Assembly (NCBI GenBank): GCA_013239625.1
Contig: MU054391.1
Location: forward strand, 4,919,824 to 4,983,823
Direction: 5' to 3'
DNA: 64,000 nucleotides
Source: Lama guanicoe
Lineage: Eukaryota
Part shown: in pieces, positions 50,771 through 62,494 of the stretch
Layout of the letters: each line of letters starts with the position of its first letter
Position numbering within the stretch: the stretch's first letter is position 1
Made by a program: the position numbers and the translations under genes
Notes under the pieces: generated by a model
Database searches by the model: none
The model's input: only the letters and a program-made list of their open reading frames with translations
Told to the model about the DNA's origin: nothing

Positions 50771-53700
50771 TATAATAAAGGTATAGCAAATACTTTAAAC
50801 ATCCAAAATGAATACAGAATGAGTAATAACTGATCAAACAGTCAACATAAAATGTTGGATTTGGGGGGGTCAGTAAAGCATCACTAGTCTATTACTAGCG
50901 CTAAAGATACAACTCACCGTGACCATGGCATGGATTGAAGTAGCAGCATGCTCCATCAATCCAGGCGGGACTCCATCAACCGTAGGATGTGTCGCTACTT
51001 AAGGAAACATTAAGGGAAAAATGCTGCCATGGATGCTGTCAATTGTAAGACAGCTCAGAAAAGTCAAAGTGTAAAGAAAAAACAAGTGCACTTTAGGACT
51101 GATGAAGTGCTAACGGGAAAAAACTGGAAAGGGGGCAGTAGAGCCAGATTGCAGACGAGTTTGTTTAAAAACAAAATGGTGGACATCAAGTCTAATTTCC
51201 CCACTGCCTGCTAAGGCTGGGGCTGTATTTCCCGGATTGGAATGGCCACTAACAGAAGTTTGGCTTCTCTTTCACTACCAACCCCTGCACAGGCGCAGGA
51301 GCCTCCCAGGACCACGTCCTTCCACATCTGCCAGGCACAAGGAGGAGAATCCTGGTTGTCGCTGTCCCAGGAGGAAGAAAATTGAAAGAATCGATAGCAA
51401 CAGAAAGTTTGTCATCAAATCTTAAAAATCAGGCAGATCTGCATGGCTGAGAGTAAAAAAAGGATTCCAGAGGATTTGTGAAACTTTACTCTTCTCCCCA
51501 TTTTTAACCTTGCTGACTTCTCCTTGCAACCTGCTCCACGTCAGAATTTGCGAAGTTTCTCAGATGTACGGAAAGAACTGGCTAATTGAGAACTACCTTC
51601 CCCTAAAACCCTAAAACCTTCTAAGTTAGGTGTTATGATTTTAACAGATTTCCCCACCAGAAGGAAAACTGCATACAAAGTAACATTTTAAAGTGATGTC
51701 TTCCAAAAACAGATATAAATTGGTACTAAAGTTGAAAACAAGATTAGTCACAGCATTGAATCTGGCACAGATCATCCAGGTCAAGTTCCTACATGCTACC
51801 AAAACCTTAGCTTCCAAGACATACAGTTCATCTCATCCCCCCCACCCCCTTGCAGCTCAGCACAAGCAGGTGACTTAGGAAGGCCAATGGAACAGGCGTA
51901 CTGCGCTTCCGTGCCTGGACAGCACAAACTTCCCCCGTGTGGTCCTCCACCCTCTCTCCTCCCTGTACATCAACAGAAGGCAGAGGATGGCGCCGAGGAC
52001 TCTGAAGCCTCAGAGGCTGCTGGAGCTACAAGACGAAGCAGCCTGGGCCCCTGGATCTTTACATCAACTTAGCCAACACTGAACTGTTAAGGGAATAAGA
52101 AATAAACTTCATGTGTATTAAGTCAATGAGACTTTGGGGTGGTTGTTATGGTGGTTAGCCAACCTTAATAAAGGATTTTTCAATCAACATATAATGGCCC
52201 AATCATGTAGAAAAAAATACTCAGTATAGGATCCCAACACGCTTATTCAAGTTCAGGTTTTTCAGAGCGGTCAGCCTAAGGAGTGAGACAGCAATGACGG
52301 GTGGCCAATGACAATAACAAATAACATGAGGAAATGAAAGTTCGGAAAGCTGAGCTAGGGAAAGGGTGAACCCACTTGCCAGGTTTCCTGGGATGGTCCT
52401 GCAGTTAAGCATCCTCATTATGATGAGACCTCAACTGGGGCTGAGAGAAAACGTGCTCACCACAGCTAACTTATACCTAAAAATATTTTCAATATCCTGA
52501 AGTAGAATGTAAATTGAACCATCTTAATTTGATTCTGTAATTATATTAGTTTATAAGATGGGCGTCTCCGCAAAGGACTAAACAGAGGGCTTAAGACACA
52601 CAGAGGATTTTAAAATGCACCCACGAAGAGCACACAGCCTGGCACTCTGACGACAGCACTCATCAATATGGGCTGTGGGTATCCGTCCTTGGGAGCCTTA
52701 ACTAGGGCATAGGATTATGTACTGATTCCCAGAGTCACAAACAGAAGCGTTTATAGGGCCAGACAGGTGGGGGGTGGGTATAAAGTGCCGGGGAAGGGTG
52801 GGGCCTGCAAGAATGAAGCACAGACTCCCCGTGTGAAGGCATTCAGCTTCTGTATTTTTAGGATCTGTGGGTAGACTCTTCTAGTTTACTCTTCTAGTGT
52901 ATCTCATTCTCTCACTTAACAAGTGCTGACTCAATGTCCACTGGCTCGCTGAAATCCAGGGTTTGGCCTAAAAGCTAGCTTGGGTTCCTTTCCCGTTCTA
53001 ATGCTCTAAGGAATATTTTATGGTAAAACAGGATGAGTACATGACAACCCCCCCCCCACCAAAAAAAAACTTAAGACACAGAAAGAGTGAAATCAAACTC
53101 AGGTTAAAAAAAATATAGAGAGAGAGGGAAAAAAACACATGAAGAACCCAAAAAGAAAATAAATCCTTTAAAAATAAAGAGTTTAATTTGCACTAAGCAC
53201 AACCATATGCAATCTGTAAGTTCTCAGAAGCACGGCTAAAAAGTGCAAGTGTCATAAACTATGATCATTTTGAAAACTACAACCTTTTATTAGACATTTG
53301 ACCAAGGAGCATATCTTATGCTATAAGATATATGTCAGGTTATGTAGTTTACTTACATGCTTTTTGCTATACATTTGGGCTTTCATCTAAAATTTCATAA
53401 AAATTTTATAAAACTGAAAGTAGTTCCAGTTTCACAACTACTAAGAACAAAGAGAACTGGCAGAGGTGAACACATCTGTCTTCCTCACTCGACTCCACAG
53501 CAGGACTACCGAGCGGCAGGCAGTCATCTTCACCCCCTTGTGTTTGCTGAGGAAGCCCAGCGTGAGAAGGTAACCAAACTGCCAGGAGGAACGCTCTGTG
53601 GGCGGGGAACTAAGATCTAGAGCCCTGTGGCCTTGAAAGAAAATGAGGTAAATAAGTATAAAACACATGTTAAAATTAGACAACGGTATTCGGTAATCAA

Positions 53701-53772
53701 GACGATCTTGATTATTTCAAACAACTGCTTAACTTGAAATAATGTGGAGCAGGCAGTTCTGTATTCTTTTTT

Positions 53773-53825
53773 TTTCTTTAACATTTTTTATTGATTTATA
53801 ATCGTTTTACAATGTTGTGTCAATA
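53773..53825 (-). mobile_element. Very short L1 3'-end insertion
   Basis: TATTCTTTTTT repeated at 53762-53772 and 53826-53836; TTACAATGTTGTGTCAA is homologous to the 20.5 kb L1 end. Confidence 0.65.
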
Positions 53826-54489
53826 TATTCTTTTTTAAAGTTAAGTTCCATTTATTCAAGTTCTAATAATGGCTCGATATATTGTTCTGTGTTTTGTTAA
53901 GTCCTGGCAAAACTTTCAAGAAAGGGCTCATAACATATACATCACTGGTATAAATAACACCACGCAAGGCATATTAACCTCAGGAAATTAAGGGTATTCT
54001 TTGTAAACAAGTGACCGCTGGCCATCCTGTACAGACGTTGTCAGAATACTCTGTGTATTTTGAAACAGCCAGACTGCCTTTATTGCGCAATTTTACTGTA
54101 ATTCACATTTTTGGCCCATTCTGGTTGGTCCTCACTCCGGTTAGGTCAAATCATGGGCATTTTTATTGACTTTTAAAAGAGTCATCCTCCTAACAGCCTG
54201 GAAATAATTGCTCTTCTGTCTTGACTGATCCTTTTATTCTTATAAATTCTTTATTTTCTTAATGTCTCACTGTAACTAGAAATTCAGGGCAGAGTTCATC
54301 ACACAGTGAGCCAGATCCCATTCAAAGGGTCTTGTGCTCTGAGCGCTGGGAGGCCCTCGTCAGGAAACCTCTCACCTGCCGCACAGACTGGACACCACGG
54401 GCCTGGTGTCACCACAGCTGTGCTCTGCTGGTAATTCCACTTCAGAAGCCTTGACCGTGTCAGTGACAATGGTTGAATCCTAGCAATTA

Positions 54490-54547
54490 TTTCTATATTT
54501 CTATATATTTCTATATTTCTTCTATACTTCTATATAGTTCTATATTT
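54490..54547. repeat. Degenerate (TTCTATAT)n low-complexity array
   Basis: Directly visible. Confidence 0.8.
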
Positions 54548-54659
54548 CTTTCTTCACTCTATTTCTTAACGTAGTGAGTGTATAAATTCTCTAATTGGTG
54601 AGAACTGTTTCAACAGCGGCTTAAAACTAATTGATTTTGAAAACTAAAGTTTTACATAC

Positions 54660-54716
54660 CTTAGTTTAAACTGGATCCTTTGAAGATCTATCTATCTCAA
54701 GGGCAGCATTTTCTTC
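54660..54716 (-). CDS. KIDINS220: Candidate KIDINS220 alternative terminal coding exon (EENAALEIDRSSKDPV*, CDS 54666-54716)
   Basis: Acceptor ccctttcatgcctag|GAA; phase-0 open frame of 16 codons; TAA, then donor AAG|gtatgt 6 nt later. Phase-compatible with the upstream KIDINS220 donors. Confidence 0.55.
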
Positions 54717-56384
54717 CTAGGCATGAAAGGGTTTAAAATATGTAAGATTTTTAATTCTCTTTCCAGTTAATCATTCTCAACCAAGGATTCTCAACCTTTC
54801 TGAAGTGATGACCCATTCAAAGGCCATCCAAGTGCAGGCTAACATTTATGTATCACTTTCTATTTTTCAATCCGTTTGCATAATTATGGTCTATGCTTCA
54901 AATTCAGAGGGAGCAAAGGACAAGGGGCACCATCACTTGGAGACTTAAAATGCAACCATTGCAGATGGCCCACCCGGCCAGCCAACCCCCCTTACCCCCA
55001 AGCAAAAACGTCTCCCGAGCTCTTTCTTCCCTTCTGCCAAGTGTCAGTGTAATTCTAGCAGTGCAGGTGGGGAAGGAGCCTGGAGCGTCCGTCTCAAGTG
55101 TTTGTCAAGGAAGTTAATTTCATTGCACCGTCCTTTTTGCCGGCTTGTCCCCTCAAAGACACTCATCTAGAAAGCAAAGGGGACAATGCCCTCTAGCTTT
55201 CTTTTCCTGGAGTTATGTTGATTTACTCAAGAGCTAGCCAGGAATTCAGGGATTTTTAAACTCTAGGATACTTCTAAATAGGCTGAGAATTCCTGGTATA
55301 ACCAAAAATTATGTAGACTTAAGACCTTCTAAATTTAGTATTTTAGCCAGAAGAATAGAGGATTTAATTTCACTCAAAAAATTTTCTAATGGTTAGTATT
55401 TGTAAGAGGCAAAAATCATGATTACAAATATATTTTACTCAGAACTATATAACATGCAAATGATCTACAGAGTTCTCAATCTAAAATAAGAATTTTAGCA
55501 AATAAGTTTCTAAAATCACTTGGTTAGGCAATTAAAATTATTCTGCTATATGAAACTCACACAAATAAAATATAACACAAAGACAAATTTTCCTGTTAAT
55601 ACTGGTTCAGTTATGAATGCTTAAATTTCCCAGACTTTGAGAGCTGACCCTTAAACAGTCAGCATCATGCAAGTTTTATCAACTGAGAGTGAGCAGTAGC
55701 TTCTTTCTGTTTCTAGTGTCTCCTGCAGATGGCTGTATGCATAAGTACCATGCCACACGTCCAGGGTGAAGGGATCTGACTTAATATTACGCCACATGAA
55801 CAGGACTATCTGTGGCTTAAAGTAAGACAGTGTGTAAAACGTGGAAAGATTCTGAGGCAGAATCTAAGGGACTAGCAAATTTAGAGCACTGATTTTCTTT
55901 TCTATCACTTTTTACCCAGCTTAAAGCGGCGTTTTGCATATGCGAGGGGCAGACTGAGCTATACATTATAAACAGATACAGATACACACGCACATAGACA
56001 CGTAGATTCAAAGGGATGATGGCGTGACTCAATAACCCATCTGGTTTGTCAGTTTCTAGAACAATACAAAAAAGCAAACTTTTCCAGGATGTTCATACAA
56101 TAACTGACATCCTCCCGGGATCTGGATAACCTACTTCTTGTACGGTACAGAGCTGTGCTGCGGGGCACTAATGCCTCACAAAAGCACCATTCAGGCACCG
56201 GACCTAAGAGCCAAGCTCTTTCAAAAAGACTAGTGAAAGCAGCTCAGAGCACTTCTGCCAGCTGCGTGACTGCTACATGAACCTGAACTTTAAGAACCTG
56301 AGGCATGTAACAAAACAAACACAAATTACTTTGTTATTTTTATCAAAATCTGAATCATCACTATAGTGAATAAAAATTCATGAG

Positions 56385-58119
56385 TCCAAATAGCATGCAA
56401 TTTTTTTTATTGTTTTCTAGATCTATTCGTACACTTATTTGTATTGGCAGTAACTTCACAAACAGAATAAAGAATATACTACAATGACACTAAGCCGCAT
56501 CTACTCACCTGAAAAGGAACAAAACATTGGCCCTGAAATAATTACTAATTACACAATATTGCAAACTAATAAATATTAGAAATGCTAAAATGTTAACATT
56601 TCAATATATACTGTCAATAATATCTTGCCTTTTTTAATTGGTTAAAACATTTGCTACACTCATGCAAAATGAACACTTCATGAAAATGTTAGATTACACA
56701 AACATCAGTACAATGAAACTCAAAAGAGCGACTTTTTAATGCAACGATCGGTCACATAATAAGCTGTTCAGCTTATTTTAAAAATCCACTAAGTTTAGAA
56801 AAACATCGGAAGTGTAACACTAAATCTACATAATCGCTCATCTACGACCTCACCATCTACAATCGTATCTGTAACTGAAGATACACTGCCAAAATTATTC
56901 TACACAAGTAAGCTATGTTAGAACGGCAAAAAAAAATGTCAACACATGACGACGGTGCATTTCTCGTCCACACGATACTTTAATGTGATCATTCTCTTAA
57001 TGCTGCTAACGATACATAAAAAGTCACACCAGATTTATCTTCGTTTTATCCTTGCTTTGTTACATGTTTTAAATTTTTTTTCTGAAAGTATTTCTTACAC
57101 TCCTCCCCCAGAATTAACATGCTGATTTAAGAATAGATGAAGTAGATAAATTCTGCCTTGGTAGAGAAGCCAATGATTTCATTTTACCTAATTAAATATT
57201 TCCTGTCACTTGCTGATTCACTCTTTGATATGATTATTTCCTCATTCCCCCATTCCATACATATTTTTAGTGCCTATCATTTTCCATGTCTCCCTGATTC
57301 TCCAGAGAAAGAATTCATCTTTTTCTTCTCATTGTTAGGCTCACTAAGGAAAGCTGGGCACACAGTTTAAGAGTTACAGAGTAGACCAGGGTGGACCCTC
57401 GGGCAAGTGGATGGTGTCTGAAGCCAGGCCTGGGATTTGGGGAGAAGAGCGTCCAGGTCATGGGGTGGGGGTGGTTACTGGCCCTCCCTCCCCTCAGGAC
57501 ACTCTCCTCCTCACTCTCAATGGTCCAGTTACCAGGGCTCTACTTTGGGCACTGCTGACTCACTTCCTTACCAATTTTTAAAGCCCTCTTTAATATTTTC
57601 TACTTAAACATTTAAAACTCTTTGATAAGCAGTTTGTCTATTATGTAGAACTCACAGAGCATTAACCTTCAGTCTCTAGGCTACTCCATGACCTATAAAT
57701 CCTGACCTTTCACTCCTTAAGAGCAAAATGTGCTTCTGGTTCATTTAACATCATGCTTTCCATCAAATGTTAATGCATTAGTGTTCTATAAAAGGAATCA
57801 CTAGCTTTTCATTTTGTTGGCAAATTAAGTCCTTTTATACTTAATATTTCCGACCTATCTTTATACTCCCATCTTGTCTGGGATTATCTGCCAGTGAAAG
57901 GTATGATGACAACAGTGGGGTTTAAGGCGCTCACTACAAAGACAACAGAGGCTGACGCGGGAACCCTCTCTCGGACAGCACACGGGAAGGCCTTCTCGCG
58001 CACTAACCGCGTGCTAGTGAAATGTACAGAGATGACGTGCGTGGACGGGTTCACGCCAGGACTCAAGTCAACTGCGCCACGGGGGTATAATAATCCTACG
58101 CTACTTCTGCTTGTTTTTC
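56385..58119 (-). other. KIDINS220: KIDINS220 main 3' UTR
   Basis: Follows the stop at 58120. Candidate AATAAA on - at 56411-56406; the end position is an estimate. Confidence 0.65.
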
Positions 58120-59379
58120 TTAAAGAATGCTTTCTCTTTCTTCTCCAAAGCCTGAACTATCAGGAGAGGCCACTGCATGGAGCTCTGAAGAATCTTTTGA
58201 GAGCCTTGTGTAACTGGAACGCTGGCTTCGCTTATGTGTCATACTTTTCAGATTCTCATTCTGAATAGCAGTTGAGTGGGAGCTGGAACCAGACCTCAGG
58301 ATGGCTTGGGAAGCCTCCCTAATCCCCTCCATTTCATCAAAGTGCTGGCTGGCTCTGCCGGCCGGAGCGCTGTTGTTGTTGAGGGTCACGGTGCTGGGTG
58401 TGCGGTTGAGGTTGTAGGCCTTCTGGCAGGCGGGCCAGCTGTCCTCCGGGCTGCTAGCTATCAAGCTGCACTCGGAAGGGCTCTTCTTGTCTTCGGAACA
58501 AATGGACATGCGAGCCACAGCGGGGTCCTGCAGGCCGCTCAGGCTGCGCGGCAGCCCCCGCTTCCCGCCGTGGCTGTCGTCTTCCAGCTCGATGAGGTTG
58601 GCCTTCTCAAGCCGGGAGTCGTCGGCCGCCTCGTTGTGGAGAGAGTGGTTGGGGGAGCTCTCGCTGGACCGCACTCCGGAGTCAGACGAGTCCTTTTTGT
58701 CCAGGAGGGCGTCCGACAGGTACTCTTTGGCCTTGATGAAGGTTCTGATGGGCTCTGCGCCGTGTTCTGGAGACTTCGGCGCTCTCTCGACTTTCCCCTC
58801 GGCCTTTCTGTCCTTGTCGTCCTTGAGCAGCGGAGTGTTGTCGGATTCTTCTGTCCCAGATTCATCCTCATCACTTGGGAGTTTCTGATAGCGCAGCCCA
58901 CTGCCCTTCAGCTTCAGATCTGTCTGGAAGAGACTCGACCTTTCTGAGGACTTCTTGCCTGGGAGCAGCTTACTGCCTGACTGATCTGACTTTTCGTCTT
59001 CTTCAGTGATGGGATCCAGGGGCGAGGCATCGTTAGTGGAAACGCCTGATGAGGAATAGTCTATAACGTCTCCCCTCTTCATGAAAAAGGGCTTCCTTCC
59101 ATCATCTTGCTTTGGCTCACTATCCTTCCCTTTCTCTGGTTCTAGGTTCGAGTGAATGGAGCCCCCTGACGAACTCTGACCCATATAGTACGTGCTGTGC
59201 GGAGAAGACCTGCCACTGACTGTGGAGCCTGGGCCCCCTTCTAACTGGGACATCTGAGCAATGTACTCTCTATAGGCATCTCTATACTCGGCCTGCACCT
59301 TATCAGTAAGCTTTGAAATTTCAATACTGGAATCCTGGGAATTGAGACTCGAAAGACTTGGGGTTCTGCGGGTTTGCGA
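58120..59379 (-). CDS. KIDINS220: KIDINS220/ARMS last coding exon (419 aa, C-terminal tail ending ESIL)
   Basis: [49 protein letters not shown]...[10 protein letters not shown] is the recognisable KIDINS220 C-terminus. Acceptor tctttacag|TCG at 59380/59379, phase 0. The first 9 aa of the track ORF are intronic. Confidence 0.98.
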   Translation of the reverse strand, partial: SQTRRTPSLSSLNSQDSSIEISKLTDKVQAEYRDAYREYIAQMSQLEGGPGSTVSGRSSPHSTYYMGQSSSGGSIHSNLEPEKGKDSEPKQDDGRKPFFMKRGDVIDYSSSGVSTNDASPLDPITEEDEKSDQSGSKLLPGKKSSERSSLFQTDLKLKGSGLRYQKLPSDEDESGTEESDNTPLLKDDKDRKAEGKVERAPKSPEHGAEPIRTFIKAKEYLSDALLDKKDSSDSGVRSSESSPNHSLHNEAADDSRLEKANLIELEDDSHGGKRGLPRSLSGLQDPAVARMSICSEDKKSPSECSLIASSPEDSWPACQKAYNLNRTPSTVTLNNNSAPAGRASQHFDEMEGIREASQAILRSGSSSHSTAIQNENLKSMTHKRSQRSSYTRLSKDSSELHAVASPDSSGFGEERESIL

Positions 59380-59794
59380 CTGTAAAGACAAGAAAATAAT
59401 AATCATTTAAGAATTCAAATAAACCAAAAAAGGCATGATAAACATTAGCTTAGGAAATATATATATGTACAGTAAGAATTTTTAGACCTTAAAATATCAA
59501 AATCTTTTAAAAGAATTTTGCATATCAGTTTAATGAAAGCTCTGAATTTATGAATAATTTTACTGTTATTAGAAAGCATTATACAAATTTTAATACAATT
59601 AGTTTATTGTTAATATTTTAAAGTATAATTAAGTTTATATTAAATAACCTTGGGACTTGTTTTCGAAACTTCAAACTTTATTTATTTAAGGCAATTTATT
59701 TAAGGCAAAAGTCACCTCACTGATAAAATATAAAAAATTCCTCTTAGAAAAGAGAAAGGTGAGAGTTAAGATATATTTCAAAAATAAAATACTC

Positions 59795-59885
59795 GGAGGG
59801 AGGGTAGAGCTCAGTGGTAGAGCGCAGGCTTAGCATGCATGAGGTCCTGGGTTCAATCCCCAGTGCCTCCACTGGGGGGGAAAAA
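59795..59885 (+). mobile_element. tRNA-Ala-derived SINE, short form, in KIDINS220 last intron
   Basis: Same tRNA-Ala(AGC)-like head; imperfect flanking repeat AAAATACTC/AAAAACTC. Confidence 0.8.
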
Positions 59886-60399
59886 CTCAAGTCTTCAGTG
59901 TATGTTAAAAAGCATCTCTCTCAACTTGTACAACATGATGTTTCTGTCAAATTTCAATTCAGAGAAAATATACTCAAAATACAAAAAAAAAAAAGAATTT
60001 AAAAGGAAAAGTATAGAGTGCAATGGAAAAGACAAAAAGATAAATACAGGATCCAAGTGAACAGAAATGGAAGCCAGGAGGCCAACAGCCAGGTCCAAGT
60101 AAACAGAGAAAGAAAATATTTTTAAATATTTCATTTCCAGTGTGACGATTTAGGATTAGAATTGCTTCAGATCTCAGAAAAGCTAATAAATGAGGAGTGA
60201 AAAGTAAAGACTGGGAAAAAGAGGAAGGAAATTGAACAAAAAGAATCAAGGAAGTTTAAGAAGGGATAAAAGCAAAGTTTGAAACAAAGCAGAAATAAGG
60301 CAGAGTCTTCCTTCCACAGGGAGAAAATGACCCACCTCCTTGAGAAGGTTCCCTGAGACCTAATTCAGCCTGCAAAGACAGTGACACCCTTGCGCTCAA

Positions 60400-60865
60400 A
60401 TGCAGTACGTGTGTCCCTTCTCGGGGGATCCACAAGGTCTAACCTATTTTCGTAAGAATATGAAGATGTCCTTTGCCTCGTCACACTCATTCTCACAGTG
60501 GAGTTCCCAGGGCCTCCACCATGTGGGATATCCCCAGAGATTTCATGCAGAAGCAGACATGGGTATCTAGCTGTCTTCTGTTAAGCCAGGCATTAAAGAG
60601 AGTTGCAAAGCAGTATCATTTTCAGGAAATATGTTTTGTTTTGGAAAATACTATCATTTTTCCTAAAGATGTTATTTATGTTAACATGGAACTGGTTTGC
60701 TTTAACGTAAATTAGTAAGTATTTTTTAAAGTTTCTCACTTTTATTTCTAATACAGTAACTACTGACAGAGAAAACATATAAACAGAAGCTCTTTGGGGT
60801 CTTCAATAATTTTTAAGAGCGTAAAAGGATTCTGAGGTTTAAAAAAATATTTGAGAACCGCTGCA
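60400..60865. mobile_element. hAT-Charlie-like DNA transposon remnant
   Basis: Ends TTTGAGAACCGCTG (hAT-type terminus); internal GCAGAAGCAGACATG...CTGTCTTCTGTTAAGCCAGGCATTAAAGAG. Confidence 0.55.
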
Positions 60866-61872
60866 CTGACAGGAAGGCTGTGAGGGTTTCCAGGTCACGG
60901 TGGTAAATACCAAGCATGGAAAAGCAGGGGATGAGAATTTCTTTAAAAATGTTAAAAGGAATTCCGGGGAAAAGAAAGGAATTACAGTTGCTGAAATAGG
61001 CAGATACAAGGGTCGAGTGTGGACTTACTGTAAAATGAAGACATTGTTATCTTAGTTATTAACACACAATAATAAAATGGCTTCCCAACTTACAGAAATA
61101 AGGTAGACAGTATGTAGAAGAAAAAGACGTTAACAACCAAAAAATACTTTTACCACCAAACCAAACCAGACGCCCTTAAAACTGGTAGACCTCACAGGTA
61201 CTGCTTTTCCCGAGTGCAGCTCCTTTTAGTAGAGCGTTCTCTATTTACTATGTTTCCTCCCTGGTTGTCTTCTCTTTTTCGTACCCTGCCCTGGTTTTTC
61301 CCTAGTTTACTCTCCCTCTCACCCTCCCCTTACTCCTCGTGTTCTCTGACTTTCGTGTTTATTCCTGACCCTCGCCTGTCCTGCCTCCTCTCAGAACGTA
61401 CAAAGAAAGAACCCACCCGTCTCTAACAGCAGGTAATAACAAGAACGTGAATACCTGTGAACAGTGTGGATACGAACTGGAAACACGAGAGAGGGCGCTC
61501 ACAGGGGTAACACGTGGCAAGTTTTGCAACAAAGATGCATTTTAGCCCGTGATGAACGGACTTGACAGGGAAACCGCAAGGCGAAGGCTGAGCTTAGCTG
61601 ACCGCCGAGGCAGCCCACTTCCTACCTCCTCTCGAGACCACTACCCTACTTCACTGCTTCCCCAGTTCGCGGCAGTTTCGGGGAGCGCTTCCCCGTCGTT
61701 TTGCCGCCGCCTGTCCTCCGCAGAGGGGCCCGGCCCGGGGGGCCGCCCCGCCCCGCCCGCCCGCTCAGTGCTCTTCGCCGATCGGCCGGAGGAGGACGTG
61801 GACGCGCCGACGTGACCTCGGGGAGTTAAACCCGGCCCGTCAGTGACATGCAGAGTGACGCTCCGTAAGTAC

Positions 61873-62106
61873 CTGCCAGCTCAGGTTGCTGTGGCGGGCG
61901 GCGCCCTCATCCAGGCCGAGCGTGTTCAGCTCTTCAAAGCTGAAGTTCAGCGTGTAGGGCGGCTGGCTGGAGAGCTCGGTGTGGGGCAGCTCGTGCGAGG
62001 GGCGGCGGGTGGGCTCGCCGTGCGGGGCCGGGCCCCCGCCGTTCTCGCCCAGCAAGCGCGGGTCTTCAGGGGCCGCCTGGCTTTCTGCATTTCTCATTTC
62101 CAGGAC
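61873..62106 (-). CDS. KIDINS220: KIDINS220 penultimate coding exon (78 aa, VLEMRNAES...RHSNLSWQ)
   Basis: Acceptor (t)n-ctgtgaag|GTC, donor CAG|gtactt; 234 nt, phase 0/0; joins in frame to SQTRR of the last exon. Confidence 0.96.
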
Positions 62107-62296
62107 CTTCACAGAAAAAAAAAAAGAAGTCACAAGTCATAAATATCTATGCTAGCAAATCGCATTTTAGAAGCTTTAGAAGTTATTTTTAAAATAAAAC
62201 ATAAGGTTATTATTATAATGGAAATGAGAACGCTTGCTTCCTGTGAGTTCTGAATAAACCTGTACTATGTCTGCTTGTCTTTTATCTGAATTAACA

Positions 62297-62484
62297 CAGC
62301 TGACCCTTGAACAGCGCAGGTCTGGGCCGTGCAGGTGCACCCACGCGCAGGTACTTCTCTCGCAAAGACCGCAGCACTTACTACCCGGTCTGGGGCTGCA
62401 TGAAGCCGCAAACGCGGAGGAACCGCGGCTGCGGAGGGGTAAGTCATCAGCGGACCGAGCTCTGAGCTGTTCAAGGATCATCTG
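62297..62484. mobile_element. TcMar-Tigger-type MITE
   Basis: Terminal inverted repeats CAGCTGACCCTTGAACAG ... CTGTTCAAGGATCATCTG followed by TA. Confidence 0.75.
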
Positions 62485-62494
62485 TACTTAAGTA

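Noticed and set aside
53441..53683. 80-aa minus-strand ORF as a KIDINS220 alternative C-terminus
   Set aside because: It needs a phase-1 junction, whereas the available donors are phase 0, which gives only ATGL*.
54376..54479. Possible 104-nt KIDINS220 exon (DSTIVTDTVKASEVELP...; donor CAG|gtgaga)
   Set aside because: Open frame and good donor, but the acceptor is preceded by a purine-rich repeat with no polypyrimidine tract. Weaker than the 54660-54716 candidate.
58276..58947. 223-aa and 133-aa + strand ORFs
   Set aside because: Antisense shadows of the GC-rich part of the KIDINS220 last exon.
59380..59406. N-terminal MIIIFLSLQ of the 428-aa ORF
   Set aside because: Intronic polypyrimidine tract and acceptor; the exon starts at 59379.
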